A stretch of DNA of 64,000 nucleotides from Nitratireductor sp. Its GTDB lineage: Bacteria > Pseudomonadota > Alphaproteobacteria > Rhizobiales > Rhizobiaceae. The translations under genes and the position numbers were made by a program. Below the pieces are notes generated by a model. That model saw only the letters and a list, made by a program, of their open reading frames with translations, made no database searches and was not told where the DNA came from. Positions within the stretch are counted from its first letter, which is position 1. Each line of letters begins with the position of its first letter. This document shows positions 33,178-45,357 of the stretch, one piece after another. The stretch spans positions 14,508 through 78,507 of the forward strand of contig JAWKWN010000003.1 of NCBI GenBank assembly GCA_041397505.1, read 5' to 3'.

Positions 33178-33716
33178 TCACGAATCATCATTGCGCCGGT
33201 CGTGCAATGCGGGCCCTGGCTTCCTGCCACCGTCTTCGGAAAAACCATCTCCTGCCTGCTCGCTGAATTCGTCGGGATCGAGATCAACAGCCTTGCCGCG
33301 CCGATATCCAGGATCGGAGCCTCCCAGCCCGGGAAATCCGCCTTGATAGCCGGTGAACTCGACATTGATGCGCGATGCGATGAATTTTCGGATCATGCTG
33401 CGGATTTGTGGCACGAACAGCAGAAATCCGATGCTGTCGGTGAAAAACCCCGGTGTCAGCAACAACAGGCCGGCAATGACGATCATGGCGCCATTGGCCA
33501 ACTCGCTGCCCGGCATCCGCCCGGCATTGACCTCGCGCTGGATTGCCATCAGGGTTGAAATTCCTGGTAGCGCAGCAACACGCTGCCAATCACTGCAGTG
33601 ACGAGGACAATCGCAACGGTTGGCAAAATCCCGATCGATTTGCCAATCACGATGAACAGGCTGATTTCGATAATTGGTACAGCAAGCAGAAAAAAGGGTA
33701 TCAATGCAAAAGGCAT
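33178..33716 (-). pseudogene. fxsA: FxsA family membrane protein, one frameshift near 33553
   Basis: MPFALIPFFLLAVPIIEISLFIVIGKSIGILPTVAIVLVTAVIGSVLLRYQ | GISTLMAIQREVNAGRMPGSELANGAMIVIAGLLLLTPGFFTDSIGFLLFVP.... The second part is the 3' third of the artefactual 424-aa ORF 33178..34452. Confidence 0.8.
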
Positions 33717-33807
33717 GGGTTCGGACGGTTTCCTGAGGCGTTGTCACCTGGTCTGCTTCTGGTTCACCTCGCCAGATCACCCTGCCAGGCGCTTTCGCAG
33801 ATGCGAT

Positions 33808-33831
33808 CCCAAATGCTTTCCCAAATGCTTT
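33808..33831. repeat. 12-bp tandem duplication CCCAAATGCTTT x2 in the fxsA/Tim44-like divergent intergenic region
   Basis: Read directly: units at 33808-33819 and 33820-33831. Confidence 0.8.
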
Positions 33832-33895
33832 CTTTGAAACTCTGCAAGAAAGATTATATCCAATTCGAATGTAGGAAGTTTTCCCGGCGTATCCA

Positions 33896-34626
33896 ATGAA
33901 CATTTTCAATGACCCGACCACAATCGTAATGCTCGTAATCGCAGTCTTCATTCTGGTGAAGCTGCGCTCGGTGCTTGGCAAACGCACCGGAAACGAGCGG
34001 CCGCCCTTTGATCCGTCCCGGTTTGAACGACGTGATGGCGTCGAGGTTGATGATTCAAGCAGCGGCAATGTTGTCACGATCAACCGTCGCGCTGCTGGTA
34101 ACCAGTCACGTCCGACCGGATCACCTTCCTCGCAGGCCGACCTTGCGATTGATGCGCTTGCAAAACCCGGCACGAAACTGAATGGCGCACTCAAGAAATT
34201 GCGGCTGCTGATCCCGGTTTTGAACCCGGGAGTTTTCTTGAAGGCGCCAAAATGGCCTATGAGATGATTGTTACCGCCTTTGCCGACGGCGATCGCAAGA
34301 CGCTCAAGAACTTGTTGTCGCGGGAGGTCTATGACGGCTTTTCGAATGCGCTCTCCGAGCGTGAGGCAAACGGCCATCATGTGCGGGCGAGCTTTGTCGG
34401 CATCGATTCGGCTGCTATAACCGCAGCCGAATTCCTGAAACCGGATATCCATGTCACAACCCGCTTTGTCAGCCAGATCATCTCCGCAACCTATGACAAG
34501 GACGAGAAGCTGATCGATGGCGACCCGGAACAGGTTGCCGAAGTCACCGACATCTGGACATTCTCGCGTGATTCGCGGTCGCGTGATCCAAACTGGAAAC
34601 TCGTGGCTACCGAATCGGAAAGCTGA
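33896..34626 (+). pseudogene. Tim44-like domain protein, one frameshift near 34197
   Basis: N-terminal TM segment (IVMLVIAVFILVKL) and linker are in ORF 33896..34267. The Tim44-like domain is in ORF 34252..34626. The junction ...LKK | IAAADPGFEPGSFLEGAKMAYEMIVTAF is at an AAA run. Confidence 0.8.
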
Positions 34627-34647
34627 ACCGGACGAAGGCGGCGTGGC

Positions 34648-35851
34648 ATGGCATCGCGAAATCCGGAACCATTACCGGCATCCCCGTATCCCGCTTCCAG
34701 TGCCGATTTCCACCGCCTGTCTTTTTCTGATCTGACCGGTTGGCAGCAGGACGACCATCTTGCTGCCTTGCATTGCTTTGCCGTTTCCGCAAGGCGAATG
34801 GAGCACCACCCGCATTCCACAAAGGCCTTGGGAACAGATGCAGCTGAACTGCGAAATGCAGGCCTGAAGGCGCTTGAGTTTCTGCGATCGCCGTCTTGCG
34901 ATGGCGAAACGGCCAGAAAATTCTTCGAAACCGAATTTGTTCCGATGCGGGCAGGAGATGCCCCGCTGTCAGGGTTCGTGACCGGATATTTCGAGCCTGA
35001 AGTTGAAGCCTCGCTGGTCAGAACAGACCGGTTCTCGGCCACTTTTGCGCAGGCCCGATGATCTTGTCGATCTTGACCGTGATCCGCATGACAAGGCTGC
35101 TGCCGAAGCCTTGCCGGCCGGGATGCGGTTCGCCCGAAATACCGGCGAAACCCTGGTCGAATATTGGGACCGGGGCGAGATCGAATCGGGAGCCCTGGCT
35201 GACAGGGGACTCGAGCTTGCATGGATCGAAAGCCCCGTGGATGCGTTTTTCATCCATATCCAGGGTTCGGCCCGGTTGAGCCTGCCGGGCGGCAAGGTAT
35301 TACGCGTCTCCTATGCCGGCAAATCCGGCCATGCTTACACCTCCATTGGCAAGGTTCTCGCCGATGAAGGCATCCTGCCGCGTGAAACGATCACCATGCA
35401 GGTCTTGCGCCAATGGCTGCTCGACAACCGCGAGGCTGGTAGGGAACTGATGCGGCGCAACCGATCCTACATCTTCTTCGCCGAGACAGCAGCCGATGAT
35501 CATGCTGTTGGCGCAGCCACCGGTCCGGTTGCTGCTGCGGGCGTGGCCCTGACGCCGGGGCGCAGCCTGGCGGTTGACCACCATCTGCACAGTTTTGCCA
35601 CGCCTGTATGGCTTTCGCTCGCCGAAAATGTCCCGGGCCTTGGCGGCAATTCACAGGGCCGGTTTCAGCGACTGATGATCGCCCAGGATACCGGTTCGGC
35701 AATTATCGGCCCTTCTCGCGGTGACATCTTTACCGGGTCCGGCCATGCAGCAGGAGAGATTGCGGGCATCATTCGTCACAAGACCGATTTCATTTTTCTG
35801 GTTCCCCGGGAAAAATCGGGCAACGTCCCGCATGGATATCGCTCGTCATGA
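34648..35851 (+). pseudogene. mltA: murein transglycosylase A, one frameshift near 35030
   Basis: ORFs 34648..35061 and 35003..35851 are colinear (…GYFEPEVEASLVRTDRFS | PLLRRPDDLV…FFIHIQGSARL…DTGSAI.G..RGDIF.G). The stop overlaps the smr ATG. Confidence 0.85.
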
Positions 35852-36451
35852 GCTCGAAGCATCGCATGCGCAGGAATTTGTCGGCGGAGGAACGTGCGCT
35901 CTGGGACAATGTGCGGCGTACGGTGGCACCTTTGCGAAACTCGGTCGCGAGTTCTGTTGCCGAACCGGCTGAGGAAACTTTCGAGGAAATATTCGGCAAG
36001 CCGAAAGCAGGCGCTGAACTTCCTGCACGCGGGCCTGTCCTTCGAAGCCGGTTCCCGTTCGCCCCTTCCTGCCCCCTATCAGGCGAGGCCAAAACCCGCG
36101 GTTTCGTCAGGTCCAGGCCGCATTGACGACACGACCGCCCGCAAGCTTCGCAAGGGAAGACTGGAAATCGACGGCCGGATCGACCTGCACGGCATGAATG
36201 AATTCGAGGCGCATGAGCGGCTCTATCGTTTCCTGCTCAATGAGAAGGCAAGCGGCAGCAGGCTGGTGCTGGTCATTACCGGTAAGGGTGCCCGCTCGGG
36301 CGGCATATTGCGCAACGCTGTTCCGCGCTGGTTGGGAGAGGCGAATTTCCGACCACTCGTGAATGGCTGCCGTCAGGCGCATCTTTCGCATGGCGGAGAG
36401 GGTGCGCTTTATGTCCGCATTCGCCGAACGCGACCGGGAGAAGCGCGGTGA
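35848..36451 (+). pseudogene. Smr/MutS2 C-terminal domain protein, at least one frameshift between 35950 and 36070
   Basis: The N-terminus MSSKHRMRRNLSAEERALWDNVRRTVAPL is in ORF 35848..36126. The Smr domain (IDLHGMNEFEAHERLYRFL...LVITGKG) is in ORF 35894..36451. Confidence 0.75.
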
Positions 36452-36834
36452 CACCCTTCGGTTCCAGGGTCCGGGAATTGCGCCGCCAGAAAGGTGTCAC
36501 GCAAAAGCAGATGGCAGCCAGCCTTGGCGTTTCACCTGCATGGCTGTCAGCACTGGAGAAGGGAACAAGGGGTCGTCCGTCCTGGGAATTCGTCCAGCGC
36601 GTGATCGGCTATTTCAACGTCATCTGGGACGATGCCGATGAATTGCAGGAACTGGCTCGCATATCGCATCCCCGCATTGTGGTGGACACGTCGCGACTGG
36701 TTCCCGAAGCCACCGAATTTGCCAATCTCGTTGCCGAGCACATTACCCATCTTGGCCGGGATGATCTGGCAGAACTCATCCATCAGGTAAAGCTGCGGTC
36801 AGGTCGCAATATCCGCAAGACCGGCAAGGGCTAG
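36448..36834 (+). CDS. XRE-family helix-turn-helix transcriptional regulator
   Basis: 128-aa ORF with the HTH LRRQKGVTQKQMAASLGVSPAWLSALEKG. Its GTG start overlaps the smr stop (GTGA). Confidence 0.7.
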   Translation: MTPFGSRVRELRRQKGVTQKQMAASLGVSPAWLSALEKGTRGRPSWEFVQRVIGYFNVIWDDADELQELARISHPRIVVDTSRLVPEATEFANLVAEHITHLGRDDLAELIHQVKLRSGRNIRKTGKG

Positions 36835-36875
36835 CGTGCTGGGGCAATGACAAGCCGCGCCACGCCAATCTGATC

Positions 36876-37847
36876 CTAGTGAACCAGCGGCGCCAGTTCC
36901 GATAATTTGGTGTTCACGAGCCAGCCATAATAGTTTTCTTCCGGCATTGCCGGTTTGGCGCGACCGGCATTCTTGCGGGCCAGTGCCTGCGCGCGCTGGC
37001 GCACATCACCGAGATTGTAGAGTGTGGCGGTAATGCCCGGATTACCTGAAATATCAAGCCCGGCAATATTGGCATAGGCATCAATCGAAGTGCGGATGAC
37101 AGCTGCCATATATTGCAGCGTGCTGTCAGGATCCATGATCGATTTGTAGATCTCCGGCGCGCGATCGGGATCAAGCTTTCGATAACCGCTCGTTCTGGAA
37201 ACCATGTCTGTCACCTGCAGGGCAGTAAGCGGGTTCAATTGCCCGAGCCCGAAGGTCTGGCCCGCATAAAGCGGTTGGAAGAACACCCTTCCAAACCGGT
37301 CATTGGGCCAGGATTTCCCATCGACATTCTTGCCGCGAAACCTGGAATTCCAGATGTCCTCGCGGCAAGACCACAGGTCATAGCTGTCCTTCAGATTGCT
37401 GCATTCGGCAAATTCCGGCCGCTGGACGAATTGCGAAACCTTCTCGCCATCATGGGCAAAGGTCAGGTCCGAACCGAGATAGGAAGCAGCCTTCACCAGA
37501 TAGGTTTGCAGCCGGTCGAGCGCATCGACATTGTAGGTATGTTCACCAACCAGCGCGCCGACAATATGGACAGGGTCAATACGATAGCGGGCAGCGGCGG
37601 CCTTGATCTTTGCCTGCAATTGGCGATCGCGGGCGATCATGTCGCGAATCTTTTCGTATTTCGCCTGAAAGCTACCATCCGTCGAACGGGTCCGTGAAAC
37701 CGAACCTGCAGGAATGGGCGGTTGCGACGCGTTGCGATTACCCGCCGGTACTACCACCAATGCTGCATCGGCTTGCAATGAGGCTCCGGGAAACAGTCCG
37801 ACGACGATCACCAGAATGGCAATCAACCTGGTTGTTGCAAAACGCAT
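36876..37847 (-). CDS. DUF1402 family protein (secreted)
   Basis: Intact ORF. I chose the Met at 37847 (MRFATTRLIAILVIVVGLFPGASLQA, signal peptide). The family assignment is from recollection of the conserved IDPVHIVGALVGEHTYNVD block. Confidence 0.65.
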   Translation of the reverse strand: MRFATTRLIAILVIVVGLFPGASLQADAALVVVPAGNRNASQPPIPAGSVSRTRSTDGSFQAKYEKIRDMIARDRQLQAKIKAAAARYRIDPVHIVGALVGEHTYNVDALDRLQTYLVKAASYLGSDLTFAHDGEKVSQFVQRPEFAECSNLKDSYDLWSCREDIWNSRFRGKNVDGKSWPNDRFGRVFFQPLYAGQTFGLGQLNPLTALQVTDMVSRTSGYRKLDPDRAPEIYKSIMDPDSTLQYMAAVIRTSIDAYANIAGLDISGNPGITATLYNLGDVRQRAQALARKNAGRAKPAMPEENYYGWLVNTKLSELAPLVH

Positions 37848-37928
37848 ATTCCGACCCCGATCAATTCGGTCTTTCCCCATGAGCCCGACTACCATGCCGC
37901 AATCACGATTGTGAGTCGAGATCACCGC

Positions 37929-39236
37929 TTACAGGATGAAACGGCTCAAATCGGTATTTTTCGCCAACTCACTGATATGCGCACGCACATATTCGGCATC
38001 GATCTCGATTGATTCGCCCGACTTGTCGGGCGCGCTGAAGGATATTTCATCAAGGATACGCTCCATGACGGTCTGCAGCCGCCTTGCACCGATATTCTCG
38101 ATTGTGGAATTGAGATCAACCGCGACATCGGCAATTGCGTCAATCGCGTCGGAGGTGAAATCCAGGGTTAAATCCTCGGTGCCCATCAGTGCGATATATT
38201 GCTTGATGAGGCTTGCTTCGGTCTCTGTCAGGATCCGGCGGAAGTCATCCCGTGTCAGCGCCTGCAATTCAACCCGGATCGGAAGCCTGCCCTGCAGTTC
38301 CGGCAGGAGGTCGGAGGGCTTCGAGACGTGAAATGCGCCTGATGCGATGAAGAGAATATGATCTGTCTTGACCGCGCCATGCTTGGTGGCAACGGTTGTG
38401 CCCTCTACCAGTGGCAGCAGATCACGCTGAACGCCTTCGCGCGATACACTCCCGCCAACCGCGCCGTCGCGCACGGCAATCTTGTCGATCTCGTCGAGGA
38501 AGACGATGCCGTTGTTTTCCACCGCCGAAATGGCCTCGGTAACAATCTGCTCCGTGTCGAGCAGCTTGTCCGATTCATCACCGATCAGCAGGTCATGGGA
38601 TTCGCGCACCGTGGTCTTGCGCTTTTTCGTGCGCTGGCCGAACGCCTTTCCCAGCATGTCATTGATGTTCATGACGCCGATCGAGGCACCCGGCATGCCG
38701 GGAACCTCGAAACCACCCATCGGGTTGCCGCTGTCCGCCACCTCGACTTCGATTTCCTTGTCATCAAGCTCGCCCGAGCGCAATTTCTTGCGGAAGGATT
38801 CGCGTGTCGCCGGGCTGGCACTGGAACCAACCAGCGCGTCGAGAACCCGTTCTTCGGCAGCCAGATGCGCCTTGGCCTTCACCTGTTCGCGCTTCTGCTC
38901 GCGAACCAGCTGGATGCCGATCTCAACGAGATCGCGGATGATCTGTTCGACATCGCGACCGACATAGCCGACTTCGGTGAACTTTGTCGCTTCGATCTTG
39001 ATGAAGGGGGCGCCGGCCAGTTTGGCCAATCTGCGCGATATTTCAGTCTTGCCAACGCCTGTTGGCCCGATCATCAGGATATTCTTCGGCAACACCTCTT
39101 CACGCATCGCTCCTTCGAGCTGCAGCCTGCGCCAGCGATTGCGCAAGGCGATGGCGACCGCACGCTTGGCGTCATTCTGTCCAATGATGAAGCGGTCCAG
39201 TTCGGAAACGATTTCACGTGGCGAAAAATTGGTCAT
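37929..39236 (-). CDS. hslU: ATP-dependent protease ATPase subunit HslU
   Basis: Intact. The start is [20 protein letters not shown]. Walker [11 protein letters not shown] is present. Confidence 0.97.
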   Translation of the reverse strand: MTNFSPREIVSELDRFIIGQNDAKRAVAIALRNRWRRLQLEGAMREEVLPKNILMIGPTGVGKTEISRRLAKLAGAPFIKIEATKFTEVGYVGRDVEQIIRDLVEIGIQLVREQKREQVKAKAHLAAEERVLDALVGSSASPATRESFRKKLRSGELDDKEIEVEVADSGNPMGGFEVPGMPGASIGVMNINDMLGKAFGQRTKKRKTTVRESHDLLIGDESDKLLDTEQIVTEAISAVENNGIVFLDEIDKIAVRDGAVGGSVSREGVQRDLLPLVEGTTVATKHGAVKTDHILFIASGAFHVSKPSDLLPELQGRLPIRVELQALTRDDFRRILTETEASLIKQYIALMGTEDLTLDFTSDAIDAIADVAVDLNSTIENIGARRLQTVMERILDEISFSAPDKSGESIEIDAEYVRAHISELAKNTDLSRFIL

Positions 39237-39261
39237 TGGCGGGTTACTTTGCCCTTCGGGT

Positions 39262-39825
39262 TCATGATTTCGAATTCGTATCGAGGCTCTCGATGACAAA
39301 ATTATTGTTGGTATAGACACAGATCTCGGAAGCAATCGTCATTGCCTTGAGCGCGATTTCCTCGGCACTCTTGTCGGTGTCGATCAGCGCCCGCGCCGCG
39401 GCAAGCGCGTAATTGCCTCCCGAACCGATGGCCATCACGCCCTGTTCCGGTTCCAGCACATCGCCATTTCCGGTGATGGCAAGGCTCACATCCTTGTCCG
39501 CGACCAGCATCATCGCTTCGAGGCGACGCAAATACCGGTCGGTGCGCCAATCCTTGGCAAGTTCGACACAGGCCCGGGTCAATTGTCCGGGATATTGTTC
39601 AAGTTTGGCTTCCAGCCGCTCAAGCAGCGTGAAGGCGTCTGCCGTTGCTCCGGCAAAACCTGCAATCACATCGCCCTTTCCAAGACGGCGAACCTTGCGG
39701 GCATTGCCCTTCATCACCGTTTGTCCGAGGCTTACTTGTCCGTCGCCCGCAATCACCACCTTTCCGTCCTTGCGGACGGTCACAATCGTGGTTGCATGCA
39801 TGGATATTTCGCTTGCGTTTGTCAT
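39262..39825 (-). CDS. hslV: ATP-dependent protease subunit HslV
   Basis: Intact, with [23 protein letters not shown] (the N-terminal Thr nucleophile region). Confidence 0.95.
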   Translation of the reverse strand: MTNASEISMHATTIVTVRKDGKVVIAGDGQVSLGQTVMKGNARKVRRLGKGDVIAGFAGATADAFTLLERLEAKLEQYPGQLTRACVELAKDWRTDRYLRRLEAMMLVADKDVSLAITGNGDVLEPEQGVMAIGSGGNYALAAARALIDTDKSAEEIALKAMTIASEICVYTNNNFVIESLDTNSKS

Positions 39826-39995
39826 GGCGTCCGTGGTGCAGGGTCCGGAGATCGGGTTGGGGTTGGCAGTTTCGAGCCGCTTATCTAGGTGTTTTTTGCG
39901 GCAATGCAAACCAAAGCCTGTTGCCGGGCATGGTACGGTTATGGCTTTTTCAACTTCCTGCTGCTAAGAGCGGCGGCAATCGCGGAGTGAAGACC

Positions 39996-40604
39996 ATGGC
40001 ATCAAAAGCTGTTCGAACAGCCCAAATCAGCCGGACGACGAAGGAAACCGCCATCGAGGTTACGGTCAATCTCGACGGCACCGGGAAATATGACATTTCC
40101 ACGGGGATCGGCTTTCTCGACCATATGCTGGAACAGCTGTCGCGCCATTCGCTGATCGACATGACGATACGCGCCAATGGCGATTTGCATATCGATGATC
40201 ATCACACGACGGAAGACACCGGCATTGCGCTGGGACAGGCCATAACGCGTGCACTCGGTCAGCGGACCGGCATCATGCGCTATGCATCCATAGACCTGGC
40301 AATGGACGAAACCCTGACACGCGCCGCGGTGGATGTTTCCGGCAGGCCGTACCTGATCTGGCAGGTGGTGTTCAGCCAGGGCAAGATCGGCAGCTTCGAC
40401 ACAGAATTGTTCCGCGAATTCTTCCAGGCTCTGGCACAGAATGCCGGTATCACCCTGCATGTCTGCAACCATTATGGTGAAAACAATCACCACATTGCCG
40501 AAACCTGTTTCAAGGCGGTAGCTCGCGCCTTGCGCGCTGCAATCGAGCCCGATCTCCGCCAGCCCGATGCCATTCCCTCAACCAAGGGTACACTGAGCGC
40601 ATAG
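39996..40604 (+). CDS. hisB: imidazoleglycerol-phosphate dehydratase
   Basis: 202 aa from the ATG at 39996, with GIGFLDHML and [10 protein letters not shown] motifs. Confidence 0.95.
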   Translation: MASKAVRTAQISRTTKETAIEVTVNLDGTGKYDISTGIGFLDHMLEQLSRHSLIDMTIRANGDLHIDDHHTTEDTGIALGQAITRALGQRTGIMRYASIDLAMDETLTRAAVDVSGRPYLIWQVVFSQGKIGSFDTELFREFFQALAQNAGITLHVCNHYGENNHHIAETCFKAVARALRAAIEPDLRQPDAIPSTKGTLSA

Positions 40605-40663
40605 AGGCGGCGAAACCGAAGCTCATTCTTGTGCAATGCGGCATCCATCGCTATGACGGTTGC

Positions 40664-41143
40664 ATGGCAACATACACGATACATATGCCACCCGATGCAA
40701 GGGAGGGCGAAAGGGACCGCTTCATCAGGGATGGAGTGGCCCTCCTGGCATTGTTGATCCCGGCAATATGGCTGCTTTGGCACCGGCTATGGTTTGCCTT
40801 CATCGCATATATGCTGATCGTCGCCTCGATCGCGACCTATGGCGTCATCGCTTCCGACCCGTCTTCAACCGTTCTGTCTGCCATTCCCGGAATTTTCCTG
40901 TTTCTCGAAGGCAATCAATTGCGCCGTCGCAAACTGGAACAGGCTGGTTGGAACGAAGTTGGCCTTGTTGAGGCAGATAGTCTGGAAGATGCGGAACTGC
41001 GCTGGTATGGCAGGGATGGACTTGCGAACGAGCCTTTGATGACAAGTGAAATTGTCAGCCAGCAATGGACCAGGACTTCATCGGGCACAGTTCAGGGCGC
41101 GGGGCCGGTAATTGGAATATTCGGGGACGAGCCTGCCAGATGA
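40664..41143 (+). CDS. DUF2628 domain membrane protein
   Basis: [11 protein letters not shown]...[24 protein letters not shown]. It sits between hisB and hisH, and its stop overlaps the hisH start. Confidence 0.6.
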   Translation: MATYTIHMPPDAREGERDRFIRDGVALLALLIPAIWLLWHRLWFAFIAYMLIVASIATYGVIASDPSSTVLSAIPGIFLFLEGNQLRRRKLEQAGWNEVGLVEADSLEDAELRWYGRDGLANEPLMTSEIVSQQWTRTSSGTVQGAGPVIGIFGDEPAR

Positions 41144-41793
41144 TGCGAGTTTCAATTGTCGACTACGGATCGGGAAACCTGCATTCGGCCTTGAAGGCAT
41201 TTGAAAGGGCAGCGCGCGAATCTGCCCTTGTCGCCGATATAGCACTGACCAGCGATCCTGATCGTGTGGCAAAGTCTGACCGGATTGTATTACCGGGCGT
41301 TGGAGCATTCGCCGACTGTCGCACCGGACTTGATTCGGTGCCGGGCATGGTTGACGCCATTCAAGATAGTGTTGGTGCAAGGGCGCGCCCTTTTCTGGGT
41401 ATTTGCGTCGGCCAGCAATTGATGGCCAGCCGTGGGCTGGAAAAGACCGTTACGCCCGGTCTCGGCTGGATTGCCGGCGACGTCGTCGAGATTTCACCTG
41501 CCGATTCGAACCTCAAGATTCCCCAGATAGGCTGGAACACGCTGGAAGTCTTGAACCGGCATCCCTTGCTTGACGGAATCCCCACAGGGCTGGAAGGCTG
41601 GCACGCCTATTTCGTGCATTCCTACCATATTGCCGTTGAAAAACCGCAAGAGCGAATTGCCGTCACGGATTATGGTGGCCAGGTCACGGCCATAGTCGGG
41701 CGTGACAACATGGTTGGCACCCAGTTCCACCCGGAAAAGAGCCAGAAGCTTGGCCTGGCCCTGATCGGCAATTTCCTCAAATGGAAGCCCTGA
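41140..41793 (+). CDS. hisH: imidazole glycerol phosphate synthase, glutamine amidotransferase subunit
   Basis: [18 protein letters not shown] (catalytic Cys) and FHPEKS are present. Confidence 0.95.
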   Translation: MMRVSIVDYGSGNLHSALKAFERAARESALVADIALTSDPDRVAKSDRIVLPGVGAFADCRTGLDSVPGMVDAIQDSVGARARPFLGICVGQQLMASRGLEKTVTPGLGWIAGDVVEISPADSNLKIPQIGWNTLEVLNRHPLLDGIPTGLEGWHAYFVHSYHIAVEKPQERIAVTDYGGQVTAIVGRDNMVGTQFHPEKSQKLGLALIGNFLKWKP

Positions 41794-41797
41794 CCCG

Positions 41798-42529
41798 ATG
41801 ATCCTTTTCCCCGCGATTGACCTCAAGGATGGCAAATGCGTGCGCCTGAAACTGGGCGAGATGGATTCTGCCACCATCTACAATGAAAGCCCCTCCAGGC
41901 AGGCACTTGCCTTTGAAAGACAGGGATTTTCCTGGCTACATGTGGTCGACCTCAATGGTGCTTTCGAGGGACAGTCGGTCAATGGCGCTGCCGTTGAGGC
42001 AATCCTCGAAACCACCAGTAACCCGGTACAATTGGGAGGCGGCATCCGCACCCTCGCCCATATTGAAAGCTGGCTGGAAAAGGGTCTGGCACGCGTCATT
42101 CTGGGAACGGTTGCGGTTCGCGATCCCGATCTGGTGAAGGAGGCTTGCAGGCGTTTCCCCGGAAAGATCGCCGTTGGCATTGATGCAAGGGGCGGAAGGG
42201 TCGCCGTCGAAGGCTGGGCCGAGGCCTCGCAACTGGGTGTGGTAGAACTGGCACAGCGCTTCGAGGGTGCAGGCGTGGCTGCCATCATCTACACCGATAT
42301 TGATCGTGACGGCGTTTTGGCCGGGATCAACTGGGCTTCGACCATTGCACTGGCCGAGGCGGTATCGATCCCGGTAATTGCATCGGGGGGTCTCGCCTCG
42401 ATGGAGGATATCCACCGCATGACAATGCCTGATGCAGCCAAGCTGGAAGGCGCGATATCCGGCCGTGCGCTCTATGACGGGCGAATAGACCCGGTGGCAG
42501 CATTGGCCGTTCTGAAGGGGGTTTCATGA
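41798..42529 (+). CDS. hisA: ProFAR isomerase
   Basis: 243 aa intact. [16 protein letters not shown] and TDIDRDG are present. Confidence 0.95.
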   Translation: MILFPAIDLKDGKCVRLKLGEMDSATIYNESPSRQALAFERQGFSWLHVVDLNGAFEGQSVNGAAVEAILETTSNPVQLGGGIRTLAHIESWLEKGLARVILGTVAVRDPDLVKEACRRFPGKIAVGIDARGGRVAVEGWAEASQLGVVELAQRFEGAGVAAIIYTDIDRDGVLAGINWASTIALAEAVSIPVIASGGLASMEDIHRMTMPDAAKLEGAISGRALYDGRIDPVAALAVLKGVS

Positions 42530-43302
42530 GCCTGAAAGCCCGCGTGATTCCCTGCCTCGATGTGAAGGATGGCCGCGTCGTCAAGGGTGTTTCCTTTGTC
42601 GACCTGATTGACGCCGGTGACCCGGTCGAGGCAGCCAAGGCCTATGACGCCGCTGGTGCCGATGAACTGACCTTTCTCGACATTACCGCGTCGTCAGACA
42701 ATCGCTCGATCATTCTTGATGTCGTCACCCAGACTGCAGAACACTGTTTCATGCCGGTTACGGTGGGTGGCGGTGTGCGCGAGGTTGCCGATATCCGCAG
42801 GCTTTTGCAGGCAGGTGCCGACAAGGTTTCGATCAATACCGCAGCAGTCAGGCGGCCGGAATTCGTGGCCGAAGCAGCGGACAAGTTTGGCAATCAGTGC
42901 ATTGTTGTTGCGATCGATGCGAAGAGGGTTTCTGGCAAAGGCGAAGCCGGGCGTTGGGAAATTTTTACCCATGGCGGTCGCACTCCCACGGGCATTGACG
43001 CCATTGAGTTTGCAATTCGTGTCACCGAACTCGGCGCTGGTGAGATATTGCTGACCTCGATGGACCAGGATGGGCGCAAGTCCGGCTATGACATTGCCCT
43101 GACACGGGCCATTGCCGATGCCGTGCGGGTGCCGGTTATCGCCTCCGGCGGGGTCGGTACGCTCGATCATCTGGTGGAGGGCATTCGCGACGGCCATGCC
43201 AGCGCAGTATTGGCCGCCTCGATCTTTCATTTCGGCGAGTTCACCATCGGACAGGCCAAGCAGCATATGCAGATGGCAGGAATTCCGGTAAGACTGGATT
43301 GA
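42526..43302 (+). CDS. hisF: imidazole glycerol phosphate synthase cyclase subunit
   Basis: 258 aa intact with [16 protein letters not shown]. The start overlaps hisA by ATGA. Confidence 0.97.
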   Translation: MSLKARVIPCLDVKDGRVVKGVSFVDLIDAGDPVEAAKAYDAAGADELTFLDITASSDNRSIILDVVTQTAEHCFMPVTVGGGVREVADIRRLLQAGADKVSINTAAVRRPEFVAEAADKFGNQCIVVAIDAKRVSGKGEAGRWEIFTHGGRTPTGIDAIEFAIRVTELGAGEILLTSMDQDGRKSGYDIALTRAIADAVRVPVIASGGVGTLDHLVEGIRDGHASAVLAASIFHFGEFTIGQAKQHMQMAGIPVRLD

Positions 43303-43336
43303 AACTTGTTTCAGGCTGACAGGAGCAGGGCATTCC

Positions 43337-43663
43337 TTGATGTTCACCCTCACCGATCTTGATGAAACGATTGCCCGGCGCGCCTCCGTTGCCGATGGCT
43401 CGTCCTATACGGCCAGCTTGATTGGCAGGGGCGTCAACAAATGCGCGCAGAAACTGGGTGAGGAAGCTGTCGAGGCAGCGATTGCAGCAGCAAGCGGTGA
43501 CCGTGGCGAACTGACCAAGGAGGCTGCCGACGTTCTGTATCATCTTCTCGTTCTGCTTCGTGCCAGCAACGTATCATTGTCAGATGTAATGGCCGAGCTT
43601 GAAAGCCGCACTGCCCAATCCGGACTTGCCGAAAAGGCTGCACGTCCCGGAAACAAGACCTAG
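43337..43663 (+). CDS. hisE: phosphoribosyl-ATP pyrophosphatase
   Basis: 108 aa with KKLGEEAVE...[13 protein letters not shown]. Confidence 0.9.
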   Translation: MMFTLTDLDETIARRASVADGSSYTASLIGRGVNKCAQKLGEEAVEAAIAAASGDRGELTKEAADVLYHLLVLLRASNVSLSDVMAELESRTAQSGLAEKAARPGNKT

Positions 43664-43678
43664 GACCGGGGTGAAGTC

Positions 43679-44695
43679 TTGGATCAGGGCGTGGAACAGT
43701 CAGCCAATCTCGATCTTGGTGAATTCTGGGAAATGGATGCGCCTGGCCGCACCGGCAAGCGCAATCTCTCGCCCTACCGGTTTTTCACCGCAGCCGAATG
43801 GGCGGAGTTTCGGGCCGATACACCGCTCACCCTGAGCGAGGACGAGGTCAAGCGCCTGCGCTCGCTAAACGATCCGGTATCCCTGGAAGAGGTACGCCAT
43901 ATCTACCTTTCCATGTCCCGCCTGCTTTCCGCCCATGTCGAGGCAAGCCAGGAATTGTTTCGCCAGCGCAGCCGGTTTCTCAATGTTAAAGGTGCCAAGA
44001 CCCCGTTCATCATCGGAATTGCCGGTTCGGTTGCTGTGGGCAAATCGACCACGGCTCGCATTCTCAAGGAACTTCTGGGCCGCTGGCCGTCCAGCCCGCG
44101 TGTTGCACTTGTAACTACCGATGGTTTCCTGCACCCGAATGCAGTTCTGCGCGAACGCAATCTGATGAACCGCAAGGGATTTCCTGAAAGTTATGATGTC
44201 GGGGCCATCCTGCGCTTCCTTTCCGACATCAAGGCAGGCGCCGGCAGGGTTGAGGCGCCGCTCTATTCCCATTTGACCTATGACGTTCTGCCTGGTGAAT
44301 TCGAGGTGATCGACAGCCCCGACATTCTGATTTTCGAAGGCATCAACGTGCTCCAGTCACGCGAATTGCCAAAGGAAGGAAAAGCGATACCCGTGGTATC
44401 GGACTTCTTCGACTTCTCGATCTATATCGATTCGGAGGAGAAGCTGATCGAGCGCTGGTATATTTCCCGTTTCATGCGGCTGCGAGAAACGGCCTTCACG
44501 AATCCATTGTCATTCTTCCATCGCTATTCGCAATTGTCGGAAGATGCGGCGCTATCCATTGCGCAGGAGCTTTGGACCAATATCAACCTCGTCAACCTGC
44601 ACGACAACATCCTGCCGACGAGACCGCGCGCTGATCTCGTCTTGCGCAAGGGCGCTGATCACCTGATCGAGCATGTCGCGCTACGCAAGCTGTAG
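43679..44695 (+). CDS. coaA: type I pantothenate kinase
   Basis: Intact with [16 protein letters not shown]. The start is uncertain: TTG at 43679 or ATG at 43733. Confidence 0.9.
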   Translation: MDQGVEQSANLDLGEFWEMDAPGRTGKRNLSPYRFFTAAEWAEFRADTPLTLSEDEVKRLRSLNDPVSLEEVRHIYLSMSRLLSAHVEASQELFRQRSRFLNVKGAKTPFIIGIAGSVAVGKSTTARILKELLGRWPSSPRVALVTTDGFLHPNAVLRERNLMNRKGFPESYDVGAILRFLSDIKAGAGRVEAPLYSHLTYDVLPGEFEVIDSPDILIFEGINVLQSRELPKEGKAIPVVSDFFDFSIYIDSEEKLIERWYISRFMRLRETAFTNPLSFFHRYSQLSEDAALSIAQELWTNINLVNLHDNILPTRPRADLVLRKGADHLIEHVALRKL

Positions 44696-44730
44696 GCAGG
44701 GGCGCTGACCGCTCTTCCACGCGCCAAACA

Positions 44731-45357
44731 TCATTCCACCACACGCATTGTCAAATTGATGCGGCCACCGTTTTTCAGCAGCGCCGAGCTGTCGGGATAA
44801 ATCCGGTCTACCCCGTGAAAGGCGAGCCGCGAGGGGCCGGAAAGGATCACGGCATCGCCACTCGACAGACGAAATGATGTTGTGCGGCCGGATCGCGTGG
44901 TTTCCCCGACGCGGAAAAGGCAGGTGTCGCCCAGCGAGATCGATATGACCGGTGCAGAAAGATCGCGTTCGTCGCGGTCCTGGTGCAAACCCATCTTCGC
45001 GTTTTCATCATAGAAATTGACGAGGCAGGCCTGGGCCGGCTTCGGAAAGGATGCCAATTCTGTCCAGATTCGTGTCAGGCTTTGCGGCATGGTTGGCCAG
45101 GGCTTCCCCGTATGTGGATGGGTTGGCTGATAGCGATAGCCGCGGGCCTTGTCGGTTACCCATCCAAGCTGGCCGCAATTGGTCATGCGCACGCTCATCG
45201 GTTTGCCGGTTCCAGGCATTGCCGGAACAAAGAGCGGTGCCTGGCGAACCACCTCGCGAATGTCATCGAGCAATGCACGCTGCGCTTCGATGTCGAGATA
45301 ACCCGGTATCCAGTGAACCCCGTTTGGCAATACCTGCATGTCGTGTCTGTCCGGCAT
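44731..45357 (-). CDS. alkB: alpha-ketoglutarate-dependent dioxygenase AlkB
   Basis: 208 aa intact with the HQDRDE iron-binding motif and the HG..R C-terminal motif. Confidence 0.85.
   Translation of the reverse strand: MPDRHDMQVLPNGVHWIPGYLDIEAQRALLDDIREVVRQAPLFVPAMPGTGKPMSVRMTNCGQLGWVTDKARGYRYQPTHPHTGKPWPTMPQSLTRIWTELASFPKPAQACLVNFYDENAKMGLHQDRDERDLSAPVISISLGDTCLFRVGETTRSGRTTSFRLSSGDAVILSGPSRLAFHGVDRIYPDSSALLKNGGRINLTMRVVE

Noticed and set aside
33178-34452. 424-aa ORF on the minus strand, the third longest in the track
   Set aside because: It is a chimera. Only its 3' third is FxsA, and that part is entered after a frameshift. The remainder is antisense to the Tim44-like gene and the intergenic region, with no recognisable protein features.
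35848-36834. Overlapping Smr-domain and XRE-HTH genes as a toxin-antitoxin-like pair
   Set aside because: The Smr protein is the roughly 200-aa housekeeping-type family found at this syntenic position after mltA. The GTGA overlap only indicates co-transcription. Nothing in the sequence indicates a toxin.
39826-39995. Possible sigma-32 promoter for hslVU (TTGAAA-N13-ACCATGCC on the minus strand)
   Set aside because: The -10 match is weak against both the enteric and the alphaproteobacterial consensus, so it is not reported as a feature.
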